Source of the DNA: Rhina ancylostomus
Taxonomy: Eukaryota
Direction of reading: 5' to 3'
Assembly (NCBI GenBank): GCA_030265395.1
Contig: JARFYF010000059.1
Location: forward strand, 10,195,582-10,259,581
DNA length: 64,000 nucleotides
Of the stretch, positions 1 to 13,138 are shown in pieces; positions within the stretch are counted from its first letter, which is position 1, and every line of letters starts with the position of its first letter. The notes beneath the pieces are model-generated. The model was not told where the DNA came from and searched no databases. It worked only from the letters and a program-made list of their open reading frames with translations. A program made the translations under genes and the position numbers.

Positions 1-153
1 TTCTTGTAAAATTGTTTAATTTATGTTTTTCTTGTGCATGCTGCTTATGTGAGGCTATGTGCCTTTGATGCTGCTGCAAGTAAGTTTTTCATTGCACTTA
101 TGCATACATGTACTTGTGCATATGACAATAAACTTGACTTTGACTTTGACTTT
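1..153 (+). mobile_element. LINE 3' end with (GACTTT)n tail, Rex1/Babar- or L2-like
   Basis: AATAAA followed by CTTGACTTTGACTTTGACTTT tandem tail. Confidence 0.55.
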
Positions 154-1689
154 ATCTACCTGTGCTGCCACCTTTGGAGATCTGTAGACTTGAACACCAA
201 GGTCCCTCTGTTCTTCAAGCACCTAAGACCCTACTACTCATGGTGTATGTCCTACTCTTATTAACTGCCCAAAATACATTACATTGCACTTATCAGGATT
301 GCATTCCATCTGCCACTGCTCCTCCCAGTTTACCAAGTGATCAATATCACTCAGTAACCTAAGACCATCCTTCTTACACCACCTATTTTCATGGCACCAG
401 CAAGTTTACCTATCTTTCTTCCTACACCACAGGTCACAGGCTGCCAATCACAAAGCAACCCTTCATCAACACCCTCCATCTCTTATTACCAATCCAACTT
501 TGTATCCATTTCCCAGCTAACCTTTTGGAGTTCTATGTCTGACCAGGTCAAAGATCTTAGTGAAGTCTATTTACTTTATATTCAATTTTACCTTGATACA
601 TGTGGCACTTCAACTGTTAATGCAGAGTTATTTTTCTTGCAAAATTACATTATGACATAAGTATATAAAATCTCTGTCAACACCAGACAAATTTTGCAAA
701 GCTTCCTTCTGCCAGGTATGACTCCAGAGTTTTTTTCCCTTGATTCCCACTGACTTCAATTTTACAAGAGCTGGTCTCACACTCAGTCAATGCTGCCTTA
801 GTGTGAACAGTCACCTCATCTCAGGAATTCAGCTCTTAGGTCTGAAGCTGAATGGTCCCGGTCAAACCCAAACTGAGCATCACGAACAGATCGTTTGTGA
901 TCAAGTGGTGCTTCATAGCTTTGTCTCTGCAATATCTTTTGTTACTTTGTTGTTGATTGACAGGAGATTGATGGAGCAGCCAAATGCACAGTCAGTGCTA
1001 TTGCAGATCTTCAAGACAACAGTCAAGAAATATTCAGGGTTCATGATCCTTATTGCATCCAACTGACTCAATCGTTACTTGAAATTATTAGAGTAAGTCC
1101 TTCCTGCTTCTTAGGCAGTCCTTTGGTATCAAGGATCTTACTTCCAACCACTGTTTTTTTTTTGTGGTTTCTGAGGTGGCTTCACAATCTTCTACAGAAA
1201 TGGGAATAAGTCCAATTGACTAATGTCTGGTTGCTGCTTGTTTGAGTCCTCAGGAGCAGGCTGAGATGGACCAAAGATGGACTTTGTACTTAATCTGTTT
1301 GTGTTTTGCCCAAATGTCAAACTCCATCATCATTAAGATTAGGAATATTCATGGAGTGTCCTCCTCTCACTAGCTATTTACTTGTTCTACCATAAGTAAC
1401 ATCTAGAATGGCTTTTATAATGAATGGTAGAATCAGCACAGTTGGGTGAATTATCTGCCAAGTTAAAACCCTGCATAATCTTCAAGGTCAGCAGGATTTG
1501 ACCTGCCTTCCAGTAGGTAAATAACCCAGAGCATTTTAAATGCCAGAGGGTTAGGGCTTAAATTACTTGGAATCACAGAGTGTCTTTAGCATAGAACATG
1601 ATCCCAAAATCACTGCCAAAACTTTCATCAAAGGGGTCAGTTCTAAAAATGCCTTAGAAGTGGAGAGGAAGAGGATGAAGGCTAGTCCT

Positions 1690-2665
1690 GGTTGAACTTT
1701 TGGGCAATTTGTCCACATAAAGCAATGTCCATGTTGACAGCAATAAAAATGCATGGAATGAAAGCAGACTATTTGTCAGGAGGTAATTTATAGAGAATGG
1801 GTTGAAGGGATATGTACTTAAAATGGCAGGAAGTAACTGAAAGACCTGTATCGAGGTTTCAGGTTTTACCATATTTGTGAATGATTTAGGAATCAAGAGT
1901 CTAAGTAAATAGAGTAGGTGGGAGCAGAAGGTTGCAAAGGGACAATTGTAGTGAATGGGAAAAATTGTGGCAGATGGTGCTTAAAGCAGGAAGGTGTGAA
2001 GCCAGCCACTTTGAAGGGAAGAACATACCTTTTTCTAAATTGTGGGAAACGTGAACTCAGGAGCAACAGAGGATTTACAGGTTCAGCTACCAAAGATGGG
2101 TAGATAGGTGAAAAATGCTGAAAGAATGCCATTATCTCATGGGCACTGGAAACACAAAAGAGATAGAAACACAGTCACATAAAGAACTGGTTAGGCCCTG
2201 TTTAAACTGTTGCATTCATTTCTCCATATACACCTCAGGAGGGGTATATTAACCTTAGAAAGATGCAGAACAGATTATCTGGCACAATACTGAGTCTAGA
2301 AGGGATAAATTATGAGACTAGACCAATATTTGTATGATTATAGACGATTAAAGAATGGCTTAGATCGTATTTAAGGAAATTGACTATTCCCTCTGGTGGG
2401 GTATCCACAATATCCACACTGAAAACTGGGGCCAGGACTTTTTGGGACAATGTCAGGAAGCAATCCTCAGCAACCATAATGAGAATCTCATAGTGGGTCA
2501 ACTGAAAACTTCAGAATTGACATTGCTCAATTTTTGATAGCCAAGTTTATTAAAGGTTATGAAAGGAATGCAGGTCAATGCAATTAAGATATATATCAGT
2601 TTAAGATTGAATCGAATCACAGAACAGGATCAAAGGGCCAAGCAGCCTACTACTGTTCCAATATT
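1690..2665 (+). mobile_element. Decayed CR1 LINE (RT region to 3' UTR)
   Basis: CTGGTTAGGCC..., AAATTATGAGACTAGA and tail TCAAAGGGCCAAGCAGCCTACTACTGTTCC are characteristic of CR1 3' ends. Confidence 0.7.
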
Positions 2666-2674
2666 TGTATAATT

Positions 2675-3150
2675 TTTTCACTAATGGAATGTGGACGTCA
2701 CTGGCAAGGCCAGCGTTTGCTGTTAATCTCTAATTGTCCTTGAATGAAGTGGATTGGTAGACTATTTCAGAGAGTGGTTAAGAGTCAACCACAATGATGG
2801 CTCTAGCATCACTCACAATCCAAACAGATTCCAAACAGGCCATTAGTGAACCAAGTGCAACAATCCAGTTGTTTCACAGTCCCGGTTTATGATGTTAGCT
2901 TCTTACTCTAAATTTATTTNNNNNNNNNNNNNNNNNNNNNNNNNNNNNNNNNNNNNNNNNNNNNNNNNNNNNNNNNNNNNNNNNNNNNNNNNNNNNNNNN
3001 NNNNNNNNNNNNNNNNNNNGTTGTGTCACAGTCCCGGTTTCTGATGTTAGCTTCTTACTCTAAATTTATTTACCTTCATTGAATCCCACCAGCTGCCTCG
3101 ATGGGATTCATATCCATATCCCTGGATCAATTGACTAGGCCTCTGGATAC
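2675..3150 (-). mobile_element. Decayed copy of the same SINE family
   Basis: ATGTGGACGTCACTGGCAAGGCCAGCGTTTG...CCATTAGTGAACCA...GATGGGATTCA is collinear with 10625-11035. Confidence 0.55.
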
Positions 3151-3279
3151 ATCCTCTAGACCCAGCCTCCATACCTGCATTAGTCCAAAGTGCAAAAAGG
3201 AAAGACTGAAACTGCACGTCCACTGTTGACATTGGAGTACAATATATTCAAATCATTTCTGCCTTCCTCTATTACTTAC

Positions 3280-3642
3280 TGCAACACAGAAGGAGGATGT
3301 TTGGTCCATGAGATCATTGAAGACTCCCAGTAGCAACCCCATCAGTCCCATTGGCCCTCCTCACTCTCCTGTAGCCATGTGACTAATTCTCTCTCTAACA
3401 TGTCCATCAAATCCCCTTTGGTTCTTTTGATACTTACCTACACTAAGGGGTAATTTACCACAGCTAATTAATCTACTATCATATTTTTGGAATGTGGTAG
3501 GAAACTGGAATGCCTGGCAGAAACCCAGAGGCTCATGGAGAGAACGTGTAAATTCCACACAGAAAGTGCACAAGGTCAGGATCAAAATCCAGTCCGTAGA
3601 GCTGTGAGGCAGTAGCAGTAACTGCTGTGCCACTATGCCACT
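3280..3642 (-). mobile_element. Older V-SINE copy
   Basis: Reverse complement shows a tRNA-like head (GGCATAGTGGCACAGC) and a V-domain (GTTCTCTCCATG...GGGTTTC...TTTCCTACCACATTCC). Confidence 0.75.
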
Positions 3643-5247
3643 CTCAATCAGAAGAGACTTTTATATCAAATGCCAACCAATGTTCCACATCCCTTGCACC
3701 CTCACCACTCTAACTTTGCTGCCAAACTTCTCATTCCTCTAGTCAGAAGTGCCAATTACTGAACTGTAGTCCATTAAAGCATGTGCAGTAACCAATCAGA
3801 AGTTCAGTTTGTCCTTCATCTTATAAGTCAACTATTCCCCATATTTTTGGCTTATTGAATGAAGACTTTTCTAAATTAACAACTTGCCGCAGAATCAGGA
3901 GGTAGACATTGGGAGTGCATTGGGAGAAGAAGGTTTAGTCTGCAGCACATGCTTCCATTAAAATAATGTGGCCTTTGCTCAGAAGACCCAAACAATCAGT
4001 CTTAGTTCTCCCTACGTTACACCCACTCCTCATTTCCATGGGAAAGTATCAGTCTGAAGGTGCACATGTAGTTGAGAGAAACTTTTGGCTTTCATGGAAA
4101 ATTGGCTGGCACATTAAAGAAAGGATAAACTGAACTCAATGCAACTCAATCTCACTAAATTCCAGCGATTCAGTAGTTCAGACCTGACACTATCCACTGG
4201 CTGCCTGAAAGACATGGACAAGAGCCAAAACAAAAGCAGGGTGGTTCTAAATTGAAAGTGTGTGTTGATAGACATGGTGAGTTGATGAAGCCCAGTCTTA
4301 TCCACAAATTTGATGTTTGCCACTTAATCACAAATCTTTTTTTCCTCTTCAAAGTCCTGGAACAGTTACTGTTTTTCAGGACTCTGAACCAGAGAAACAA
4401 ACTCTGGTTGTTTCTCCTAAATATTTTTGTGCTGTTCCTGAGGTAGGGAAGAAATGGAGAATGTAAATGGATGATGTCTATCTCCACCAGGCTGCCTCCT
4501 TTATTGACTGGTTGTTGCCACACTCTTTCATTGATTCTCTGACGTTGGCTGGAAGAACCAACACCTCCTCCAGATGGTCAGCAAAACTGAGGTCTTTCTT
4601 TCTGGTCCCTCTGACCCTGTGGTCTCAAGTCTAGAGATCACCAAGCAAACAGTATAGATTGAGTCATGAGGCGTGAAAACCTGCCATGCTTTTCCATTAA
4701 CAATGCCCCTTTCTCCTTCTTTTGACGAAAGTTTGTTAAATTTTTTGACAGCTCATGGCTTCACACTTTCAAAGTCCATTCCAGGTCACCTCCGAAATCT
4801 ATTCAAGATATCGTGACCTATGTTCTCTCCCACAATGAGCTCACCACCATTCCCCAAGGATTATTCTTAGTGTCAATTTTTTAATTCTCCTTCTGGGCTT
4901 CATTAGACTCCAGCTTCACAATCTACTCTCTACATCTTCCTTTCTGATGTTAGCCTTCTCACTATTCACCCCCACATTGCATCATTGCTATCTCCTTAAG
5001 TCCTACCCTCTCCGTCTTCTCAACACAGTCTCCAGCAGATTATCCCACTTCCACCTGAAGAAAACTTCCCTAAGATATTCTTTTAGACTGTGATCCTAGC
5101 CTCTCCATTCTACTTCTATTCTCTTGTGTTTAACGTCCACCCCCCCATTCCTTTCCTGTTAATATAAGCTCTATATCACAGGAGAACTCTCGAAATGAAA
5201 GCTGTGCTGCAGTGATAGAAGGCATGCCTGAAACACAAAGGTCATTG

Positions 5248-5452
5248 AGTCATAGACTAATACAGCATTTAAACAGGCCCTTTGGCCCAACTCGTTCATG
5301 CCGACCAAGATGTCCACCTATGCTAGTTCTATTTGCCTATATTTGACCCGTATCCCTCTAAACCTGTCCTATCCATGCACCTCTCAAAATTTATTTTAAA
5401 TGATGTTAATGCACCTGCCTCAACCACTTCTGCTGGCAGCTTATTCCATAAT
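5248..5452 (-). mobile_element. CR1 (HER1-like) 3' end
   Basis: Minus ORF LWNKLPAEVVEAGALTSFKINFERCMDRTGLEGYG and tail GGGCCAAAGGGCCTGTTT. Confidence 0.85.
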
Positions 5453-6875
5453 TGTGTTCTGAATAGTTCAGAACTAAATAGACTTCCATTTTCTAACAAT
5501 ATTTTCACTACAGTTATGAGACTTTTCATCTTATAGTCTATCTGTTAATCATTGCATGTTGTTGCCTAACCCCCATTCCAGTCAATTACATTGATTGTTC
5601 AATGAGAGCAAGGCTGTGTCACCTTCAAGTTCATGGATCTGTTCTAGGTTAATGGAGCTCAGGAGGGAACACTGGGACACTTAGCCTCAGTTCCCATAAA
5701 CTGGACAGGTCAAAAGGAAAAAGGAGCATGGTTCCTGATCAACTAGAGAATCATGCCTCAGGTAAAGTTCCTGGCTATCAGGAAAGAAGGGAGAAGGGGT
5801 GACTGGAAGACCCTTCACCTGATCTCCAAACCCACGTGCATAAAATTGGAACCTGGAATACCTTGTGGTCACTGCATCAGCCCCAACCATATCTGAAAGT
5901 AACTCCTAATTGTCTCTATCTTTCTTGTCATAAGCAATCCATTTTTCAAGATTGCCAGAGGATACTAGAGGACTTCATTTGTCAAATTGACAGGGTAGCT
6001 GGCAGATCTTGCCTATTCACAGTATTGGAATGCTGGGAACTGGACAGCATAGAACCTATAACTCGATTGATATGAGAGCACATCCCTACACCTGTGATAA
6101 GAATGTGACTGCTAGCTGTTTTTGTGCATTTGGGCATTCAATCTCTCATACAGGCTTTCTACCTTCCATATAATCCTGATCAGAACAAAATTCACTTTCT
6201 GGCCTTCAGAATACTCCCACCTCTATAAGCTTGACTCCAGTCTGTGTTGAATGCATATACTATATGTGCAACTGGAGTTGGCTCTTATTCTCAGAGGCCT
6301 TGGATTGAGGAGGGAAACCTAAGACTTTGCTCCTATGGCTACGTTATATGCAGAAATGTGATCACTGAATGAGGACAGTACTGAAGCTCCATAATGAAGT
6401 AGACCTGCTAATTTTCACAGCCTGAGCAGAAGGATGAAAAGTGAATCCTTGGGCAGAGCACAAGAGTGGTGCTGCTCCTATAGCAAGTTAGTGCTGTCAG
6501 CAAAAAAAGGAAATCTACAAGCAACAATAACTGCTCTTTATACTGTGACTCTGTGAAAGGAAAATGTGTGTTTGTCCCAATGCAAGTTAGAAAAGAAGAT
6601 TTCTAAACACTTACCTATTCTCTTGGTACACTCTCCTCTCTTTAGCTTTAACCTACACATGAAACTTGAGCCTGGAAGAAGTTTCAGAAAGGACATTATG
6701 TGCTGAATTCCTCTTCTATCTCAAAGCATGAGACATTTTCACCTTGTATTCTAGGGTCAGTAGGAGCATGGGATGGAACCCACCAACCATTAGTAGTAGT
6801 GGCTAATCATTTCATTGGCGTCAACAAATTTCAATTGTTTTCCAGGATTCTGTGCTACCAGACACACATGCTTGT

Positions 6876-6876
<1 letters not shown>

Positions 6877-6926
<50 letters not shown>
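6877..6926. repeat. (CA)25 microsatellite
   Basis: Uninterrupted CA run. Confidence 0.97.
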
Positions 6927-6929
<3 letters not shown>

Positions 6930-7034
6930 GAAGAGTTTATCGAAATTTTNNNNNNNNNNNNNNNNNNNNNNNNNNNNNNNNNNNNNNNNNNNNNNNNNNC
7001 AATCCTGTTCCATTAATGTTTTGTTGACAAAAGT

Positions 7035-7355
7035 GGATACCTCATTGGTGCAGCTCATAGAGCTACTTCCTCACAGCTCCGGCAACCTGGATTCAAATCC
7101 TGATCTTCAGAGTTACCTGGGTTGAGTTTGCACATTCCCCATGTCACCACAGTGTCTGGTTTCCTCCCACATCCCAAGGATGTGCAGATTGGTAGATTAA
7201 TTTGTCAATGTATATTGAATCTAGTATTAGAACTAGAGGTACAGGGTAGTTGATGGGAATATGGGGTCAGTAAATTACAGGGAAAAGCAGTGGGGAATGC
7301 AATCGCTCTGTGCGTTGACATAGACTTGATGCTGAAATTGCCTCCTTCTATATCT
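7035..7355 (+). mobile_element. Older V-SINE copy
   Basis: GGATTCAAATCC B box, GAGTTTGCACATTCCCC...GGTTTCCTCCCACATCCCAA V-domain, CR1-like tail. Confidence 0.75.
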
Positions 7356-7589
7356 AAAGGAAATGTGGAAACTGACCATGTCTTACTACATTGAATTTTC
7401 CATTATGGCCTGAAACTAAAATTCTCTGCCTCCCACTTATTCCTCATGGATTTGCATTGCACCTGTCAAACACATGATATATTTATCTTCCTTTTCCATC
7501 TTCCTTGTTCTTTTTTAACTCCTTTACCCATAGTAAATGTTCAGTCACATTGAGGTCTAGTTCTATTGCTGCCCAAAGTGCCAATTGTA

Positions 7590-8520
7590 GACCAAGGTGC
7601 CAATTCGTCAAGCAGAAGACGGCTATTCCACCAAGAGTATCACAGATGATCTAAATCATGTCCTCAGATTCCTCTCAAGTGCATGCAAGATAGAGACTGA
7701 GAATGGAATCCATCCCCAGCATCACCCAGGTTTACTGCAATACAGAAACAGAACATTTAGTCCATCGACTCTTGTTCTGCCATTCAACTAGATCTTGTCT
7801 GATCGACATCGTAAATTCACTTTATTGCATTCACTCCAAAATTTCTCCATTCCGATTCATAAAAACATCTGTAAAATATCTTTTACATCCCAATTGCTAC
7901 CCCATCTGAGACCATCTAAGATTGGACAAACAGAATTGAACTGGAGGCATTCATGATGTATGTAACTAAACAATATTGTTGGTAATATCAGTGAAACATT
8001 TAAAATATTCTCAGGATCATCATCTAGCACAGCCCTTAATCCACATGAAAGGGATGCATTTACAATAATGGATGGATCAAGCCTATATGAAAATCTTAAG
8101 CACCAATCCTTAATAATTCCGGTCATTATTTCCTAGTCTACAGAACAGTGAAGGATGCAATTAGGCATGTACCACTTTTACCACAACATCAACCTCCCAT
8201 GAAAGGCATATCAATCAACTCAAATGATGTTCATCCCCTATCTGGAACAGGGAATTCACCAGGCAGACTTGAGCCCATTTGTGAAGTCCAACTCAACATA
8301 GTCTCATTTTTAGTACCCAAAATGGAGAAATGAATCAAAAGCACTGATCCACCAGGTAAGACAGAGAAGAAAAGAACCCGCCAACTAAAATGGACCGAGT
8401 CCTTTTCCCAAGAAGATGGTTGAATCATCGACATCAAGAAAATTATTCCCTAATTGCAACATGGGATGATGGATCAATGTAGGAACAAATCAATACCTAA
8501 AACTTTGACATTACTACAAA
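7590..8520 (+). mobile_element. Possible heavily decayed retroviral/LTR pol relic
   Basis: Motif remnants in pol order across frames: LLQY, KISP..SVKYL (RT), MDGSSLYE (RNase H-like), KWTESF/W-x-GP-F-like (integrase). No intact frame. Confidence 0.35.
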
Positions 8521-10624
8521 GATGATGTCGAGTTTAATACTCAATTTAAACTGCAGAACTGCTTCTGATGGAAATGGACCAGTTACATCCCAGAGGCCTC
8601 ATTTATCCTGTGGAGGAGATTCCACAGAATTAACAGCCTTAAAAAAGATACTAATTCACATTTTTTCATGTCGTTTCTCAAAGGTGTATTCATTGCTCAT
8701 TCCCTGTTTCACTGAGAAGTTGTGGTAGGTCTTCTACTGAGCATTTGTTGTGCACAACAAAGGATCTTTGCAGCCAACCTCTGCAGCCAACTGTGTGCTG
8801 TGGACCAGAGCCATGTCAAGCAGGGATGGCCGGTTTCCATCTCCGAGGGGCATTAACGAGCAATTGTGCTTTTACAATTTTCTGACAGCTTTCATGGGGG
8901 TTTGTTTTCAGGTGTCAGATCAAAAATGACTGGATTAAGTCAATTAAATTACATTATCTGCCATGAGGTCTTATTTCTAGGTTGTCTAGTATACTCAGTA
9001 AAATGCTACTGTATCTGACTAATCCTAATTGGAAAATTTGGCCAATGTCCTGTGGAAATTCCACACAGCTCAGCAGTTAGGATGTTGAGTTGCTGGCCTG
9101 TTAGGATTCAGCCAAGTGCTCAGCCCACCTACGCTTCTGGAAAAAGGTGGCTGGTGCTGTAGCTGGCAGGCACCAGGTTTGAACTGCCACACCAGCACTG
9201 CTGCCACAGGAGCACTTCGGAATCATCCTCTCAGAAAGCTCCTTGGCTACGCCTCTGGCAGCAACAGGAGCAGTGCCACCTCATTTGCAATGCAGTTGCT
9301 GAAGTCAGCGCTGGCTTTCAGCAGTAGCAGTATTATAATGGGGACGCCTTTAGATCCTTGTGTGACCATGAGAAGGGAATTTCTCCATTTGCTAAGTACA
9401 GAGAGGAAATGTGGATCATGTTTTCGAACATAATGAGAGGAATGGGGGAAATGGAAGCTGAAGAAGGTGTTGAATTAAATCAGGATGTGAGATTACTCTT
9501 GAGCATATCATTAGTTAGCTGAGAGTTTGGAAGAAACTTCTCCAAGTTTGTTAATTTGTGGAATAAGCTGCCACCTAGTGCAGTGTGCATGGACTCTGGA
9601 TTCTTTCAAAAGAGAAGCTGATAAAGTTCTATTGCAGAAGGGAGTAGATGGCATCCAAAGTGGGTCAAAATATAGATTTAGGATAATAAAAATACAATTA
9701 GATTAGAGTCTGAGGCAACACTACTACAAGTACTCCACAATCATTGGGACCCTTACACTGGTGATGGTGTGCTTGTTACTAAATATATTTCAGTTAATTG
9801 GCATTCTGGGTATTGAAATGGTACCACATAAACTAGTAATTGCATTTATTTCTCTGTGTGTTTTATTTAGAGTTATCTACCCGAGGGATGTCAGAGAATT
9901 GAACTCTTTCACTTATGCATACCCAATGAAACTGTATCAAGCACCCTTGATCATCCATGGAAAATTAAAGGCACAATGGGCCGAGGTTCAGCACTGGATT
10001 TCCCTCTACCATGCCTCTATAACATTTTTGTATCACATCCCAGTCATCATGTGCCCAGTACATAGAACAAGAACATACAGTACAAGAACAGGTCTACTGT
10101 GGTGTCAATGAATGGCAAGCAGTTAGCTTCCACACTCACTGAAAACTAGTTCAGAGTGTCCAAACTGTTTCAAAGTAAGATCCTTGAAACAAGCAGAGAG
10201 AATGAACTTTCAGAAGGCCATATAGTAGAAATATATTAATATTTGTGTCCCAGGTTTGCATTATAAGGAATGAGGTGAGAAAATCAGAAATTAAAGAGTG
10301 AGATCAAAGGTAATGAACATGGATCAAGAGAAAAGAGTGAGTAAATGTACACATATTAGTTAGAGTCATATGTATTAGTCTTGTTTCTTTAGTGATAGGC
10401 TGAGAGTGAACCACTATGGTGCATAACATTCTCTTAAAATATGGAATGGGTAAGTACCTGTATCATTGTCAATAGGCTTATATTACAGGTAATAGAAGAG
10501 TTTACAGCCAATGTATTCCCTTCAGAGGAATTGAGCTGGTTTCACAGCTCAAGTATTTATGGTTCAGGTGCTGGAGAATTTGAACTAGATTTTCTGGGCT
10601 TGTGTCCACTGATAACAGTTCTCA

Positions 10625-11035
10625 TTTATTCATTTCTCAGGATGTGGGCGACATTGGCATGATCAGTATTTAATGTCCGTCTCGAATTACCCTTGAGCTG
10701 ATAGTGGTGAACCGCCTTCTTGAACCACTGCTTGCTAGGGCAATTTAGAAGTCGCTTAGACTCAACCACATTACAGTGGTCTGGAGTGACATGCAGGTAG
10801 GATAAGGGCAGCAGATTTTCTCCCCAAAAAGACATGAGTGAACCAGATGGGTTTTCTGACAATCCAGTGCTTTTACAGTCATCTTTACCGAAACCATTTC
10901 CTTTTGAATTCCAGATTGTTTAATTAACAGAATTTAAATTCAACAGTTGCCATAGTGGGATTTGAATACAAATCTGTGAAATGCGAGACCAGGCTCTAAA
11001 TTATGGGTCTAATAACTTAATCACTGCATCACCAT
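10625..11035 (-). mobile_element. tRNA-like-head SINE whose 3' tail is shared with the LINE at 52185-52655
   Basis: Minus strand has a B-box-like TTCAAATCCCACTATGGC and tail GCAGTGGTTCAAGAAGGCGGTTCACCAC...CAAGGGTAATT. Related copies at ~2675-3150, ~8810-8990 and ~21860-22460. Confidence 0.65.
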
Positions 11036-12001
11036 GGAACATATCAGGAAATTAGCTGTAGACATTGATTATTAACTTTTAAAGGCTGGAGCAGTAGTTA
11101 AGGTATATAAACCTCTACAACTGAACCCTGTCATAGATTCCTGCACAGCAAGAAGAAAATGTCACATTATCAAGTGTTTCTTTCCTCCTATGGTCTACAA
11201 TTCATTAAACAGAAGCTCAACATCACCAAACTACTGAGTGATTTACATCGTTCTCCCTCCTACTCTTTCCAACCTTGGTGATACCCTGCACCATAGGTCT
11301 TGTCCACTCACCCAAGTTTCTTAACATAAACAAATTTAAAAATTCTTCCCATGATCATGTGTTTGACCCTTTTGAAAGTATTAGAACAACATTAAGTATT
11401 TTCTAATATCCTGGTTCTGTCCCATTACTTAATGAGCTGTAAAAATTTCAGTCACAGCTCCTCTACCTCTACAAGTATTTTTGGATACATTCCATCTGTT
11501 CCTGTTGTCTTATGAATATTCAAGTGCTCCAGTTCTTTCATGGCTAATTTATTAGTGAGCTTCTTGATTTCACAGCACCTGTTAGCTTTTCCTGCTGTTA
11601 GAGAGCAGATAATTTTGCTTCCATCAGAATTTATATTACGTTTATAATGTATTAGTTTCTATAAAAATATGAGGAAAGTCATGGATGAAAACTGGAGCTG
11701 GATCCAAGCAAGCTCCTCCCTGCAGCATCTATCTCATTCATCAGTGGACATTTTACCCAACCTGGTCTCCTTCTCATCTTCCAGGTATTCATTTTATTCA
11801 GCTCTTCATAAAAGGGGCAACAAAGTGGCACAGTAGTGTTGCTAACAGAACTACTGCCTCACGTCAACAACCTGGGTTCAATCCTGACCTCTTTACCCGT
11901 GAGTCCTCTATCATCCTAGAATCTTTATATACCATCCCTGAATATGCTTACTGACTCAGCAGGCAGTGTATTCTGGGGTGGAAAATTTCAAAGATCCACG
12001 C

Positions 12002-12249
12002 TGTCATGGTTCTGAGTTCTGGCCCTCAATTTGGCTCCATTAATGCCTTGTTGTCCAGCACATGGATTCCATGNNNNNNNNNNNNNNNNNNNNNNNNNNN
12101 NNNNNNNNNNNNNNNNNNNNNNNNNNNNNNNNNNNNNNNNNNNNNNNNNNNNNNNNNNNNNNNNNNNNNNNNNGAAGTATCCTGACTCCAGTCTTGTATT
12201 GGTGTGCTGCATTTGGGTTCTGAGTTTGCTCTCGATCAACATTGTGACA
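12002..12249 (+). mobile_element. LTR insertion (solo LTR or gap-collapsed element), TSD CACGC
   Basis: CACGC|TGTCATGG...gap...ATTGTGACA|CACGC. Inserted into a minus-strand CR1 relic. Confidence 0.9.
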
Positions 12250-12254
12250 CACGC

Positions 12255-12895
12255 AGAGAAGAAGTCCATCATCATCTCACTCCTAAGAGCTGACCCTTAT
12301 TCTGAGATGATTCCTTCTAGTTCAAAGCTTACCCAGTAGGGAAGGCATCTATATGGCTTCCATGTAGCCATGTCCCTCAGAGTCTTAAATGTTTCAGTAA
12401 GAGTTCTTCCTAATCTTCCAAATTCCAGAGGGTACAGACCCACTTTGCTGAATGTTCCTCAAACCCCTTCATCCCAGGAGTTAACCTGTTGATCTTTTTG
12501 TTGCACTGCCTCCAATATGAGTATTTCTGTCCTCAAACAAAGGGACCGTAATTGTGCGCAGTTCTTGAGCTGCGATTTTACCAAAGCCCTGTCGAGTTGT
12601 AGCAAGATTTCCCTTTTGTACTCCATACCTCTGCCAATAAAGATCAACATTACATTTGCCTCCTTGATTACATTTGTTAACTCTCAATGTTTGTAGCCAC
12701 CCAGACCAAAATATCAACATTCTGCGGTTTCACAATGTGTATATTATATTCTGCTTTACTATTCTTCCTACTAAAGTGAGTATCCTCACTTCATCCAATC
12801 TGCAATATTTTGTGTCCCTTTGCAGACTCTTTATGTCTTTGTGTCTTGTTGGAATGCCTCCCTCACAACTTAATTTCCTATCTCTGTATCATTGG
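12255..12895 (-). mobile_element. CR1 ORF2 relic
   Basis: Minus ORF IFIGRGMEYKREILLQLDRALVKSQLKNCAQLRSLCLRTEILILEAVQ. Confidence 0.8.
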
Positions 12896-12905
12896 CTCAT
12901 AGAAT

Positions 12906-13133
12906 TGCCATGGTTTGGCGTACTGGCGCTTGATTTGGCTCCTTTAATGCCTTGTTGTACAGCACATGGATTCCATGCTGGACTGATTGCATAATGACAC
13001 ACCTGAGCCCCATCAGGGGCCTANNNNNNNNNNNNNNNNNNNNNNNNNNNNNNNNNNNNNNNNNNNNNNNNNNNNNNNNNNNNNNNNNNNNNNNNNNNNN
13101 NNNNNNNNNNNNNNNNNNNNNNNCATTGTGACA
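12906..13133 (+). mobile_element. LTR insertion, TSD AGAAT
   Basis: AGAAT|TGCCATGG...gap...CATTGTGACA|AGAAT. Confidence 0.88.
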
Positions 13134-13138
13134 AGAAT

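Noticed and set aside
1482-1505. AGGTCA...TGACCT inverted half-sites suggesting an estrogen response element
   Set aside because: The spacer is 8 nt rather than the 3 nt of an ERE, and the site is isolated.
2874-3070. ~45-bp direct repeat on either side of a 100-N gap; similar cases at 31142-31257 and 57967-58106
   Set aside because: Most simply unmerged contig or haplotype overlap at scaffold joins, not biological repeats.
4100-4900. Possible LINE ORF1-like relic on the minus strand
   Set aside because: Only faint motif hints, too degraded to support a call.
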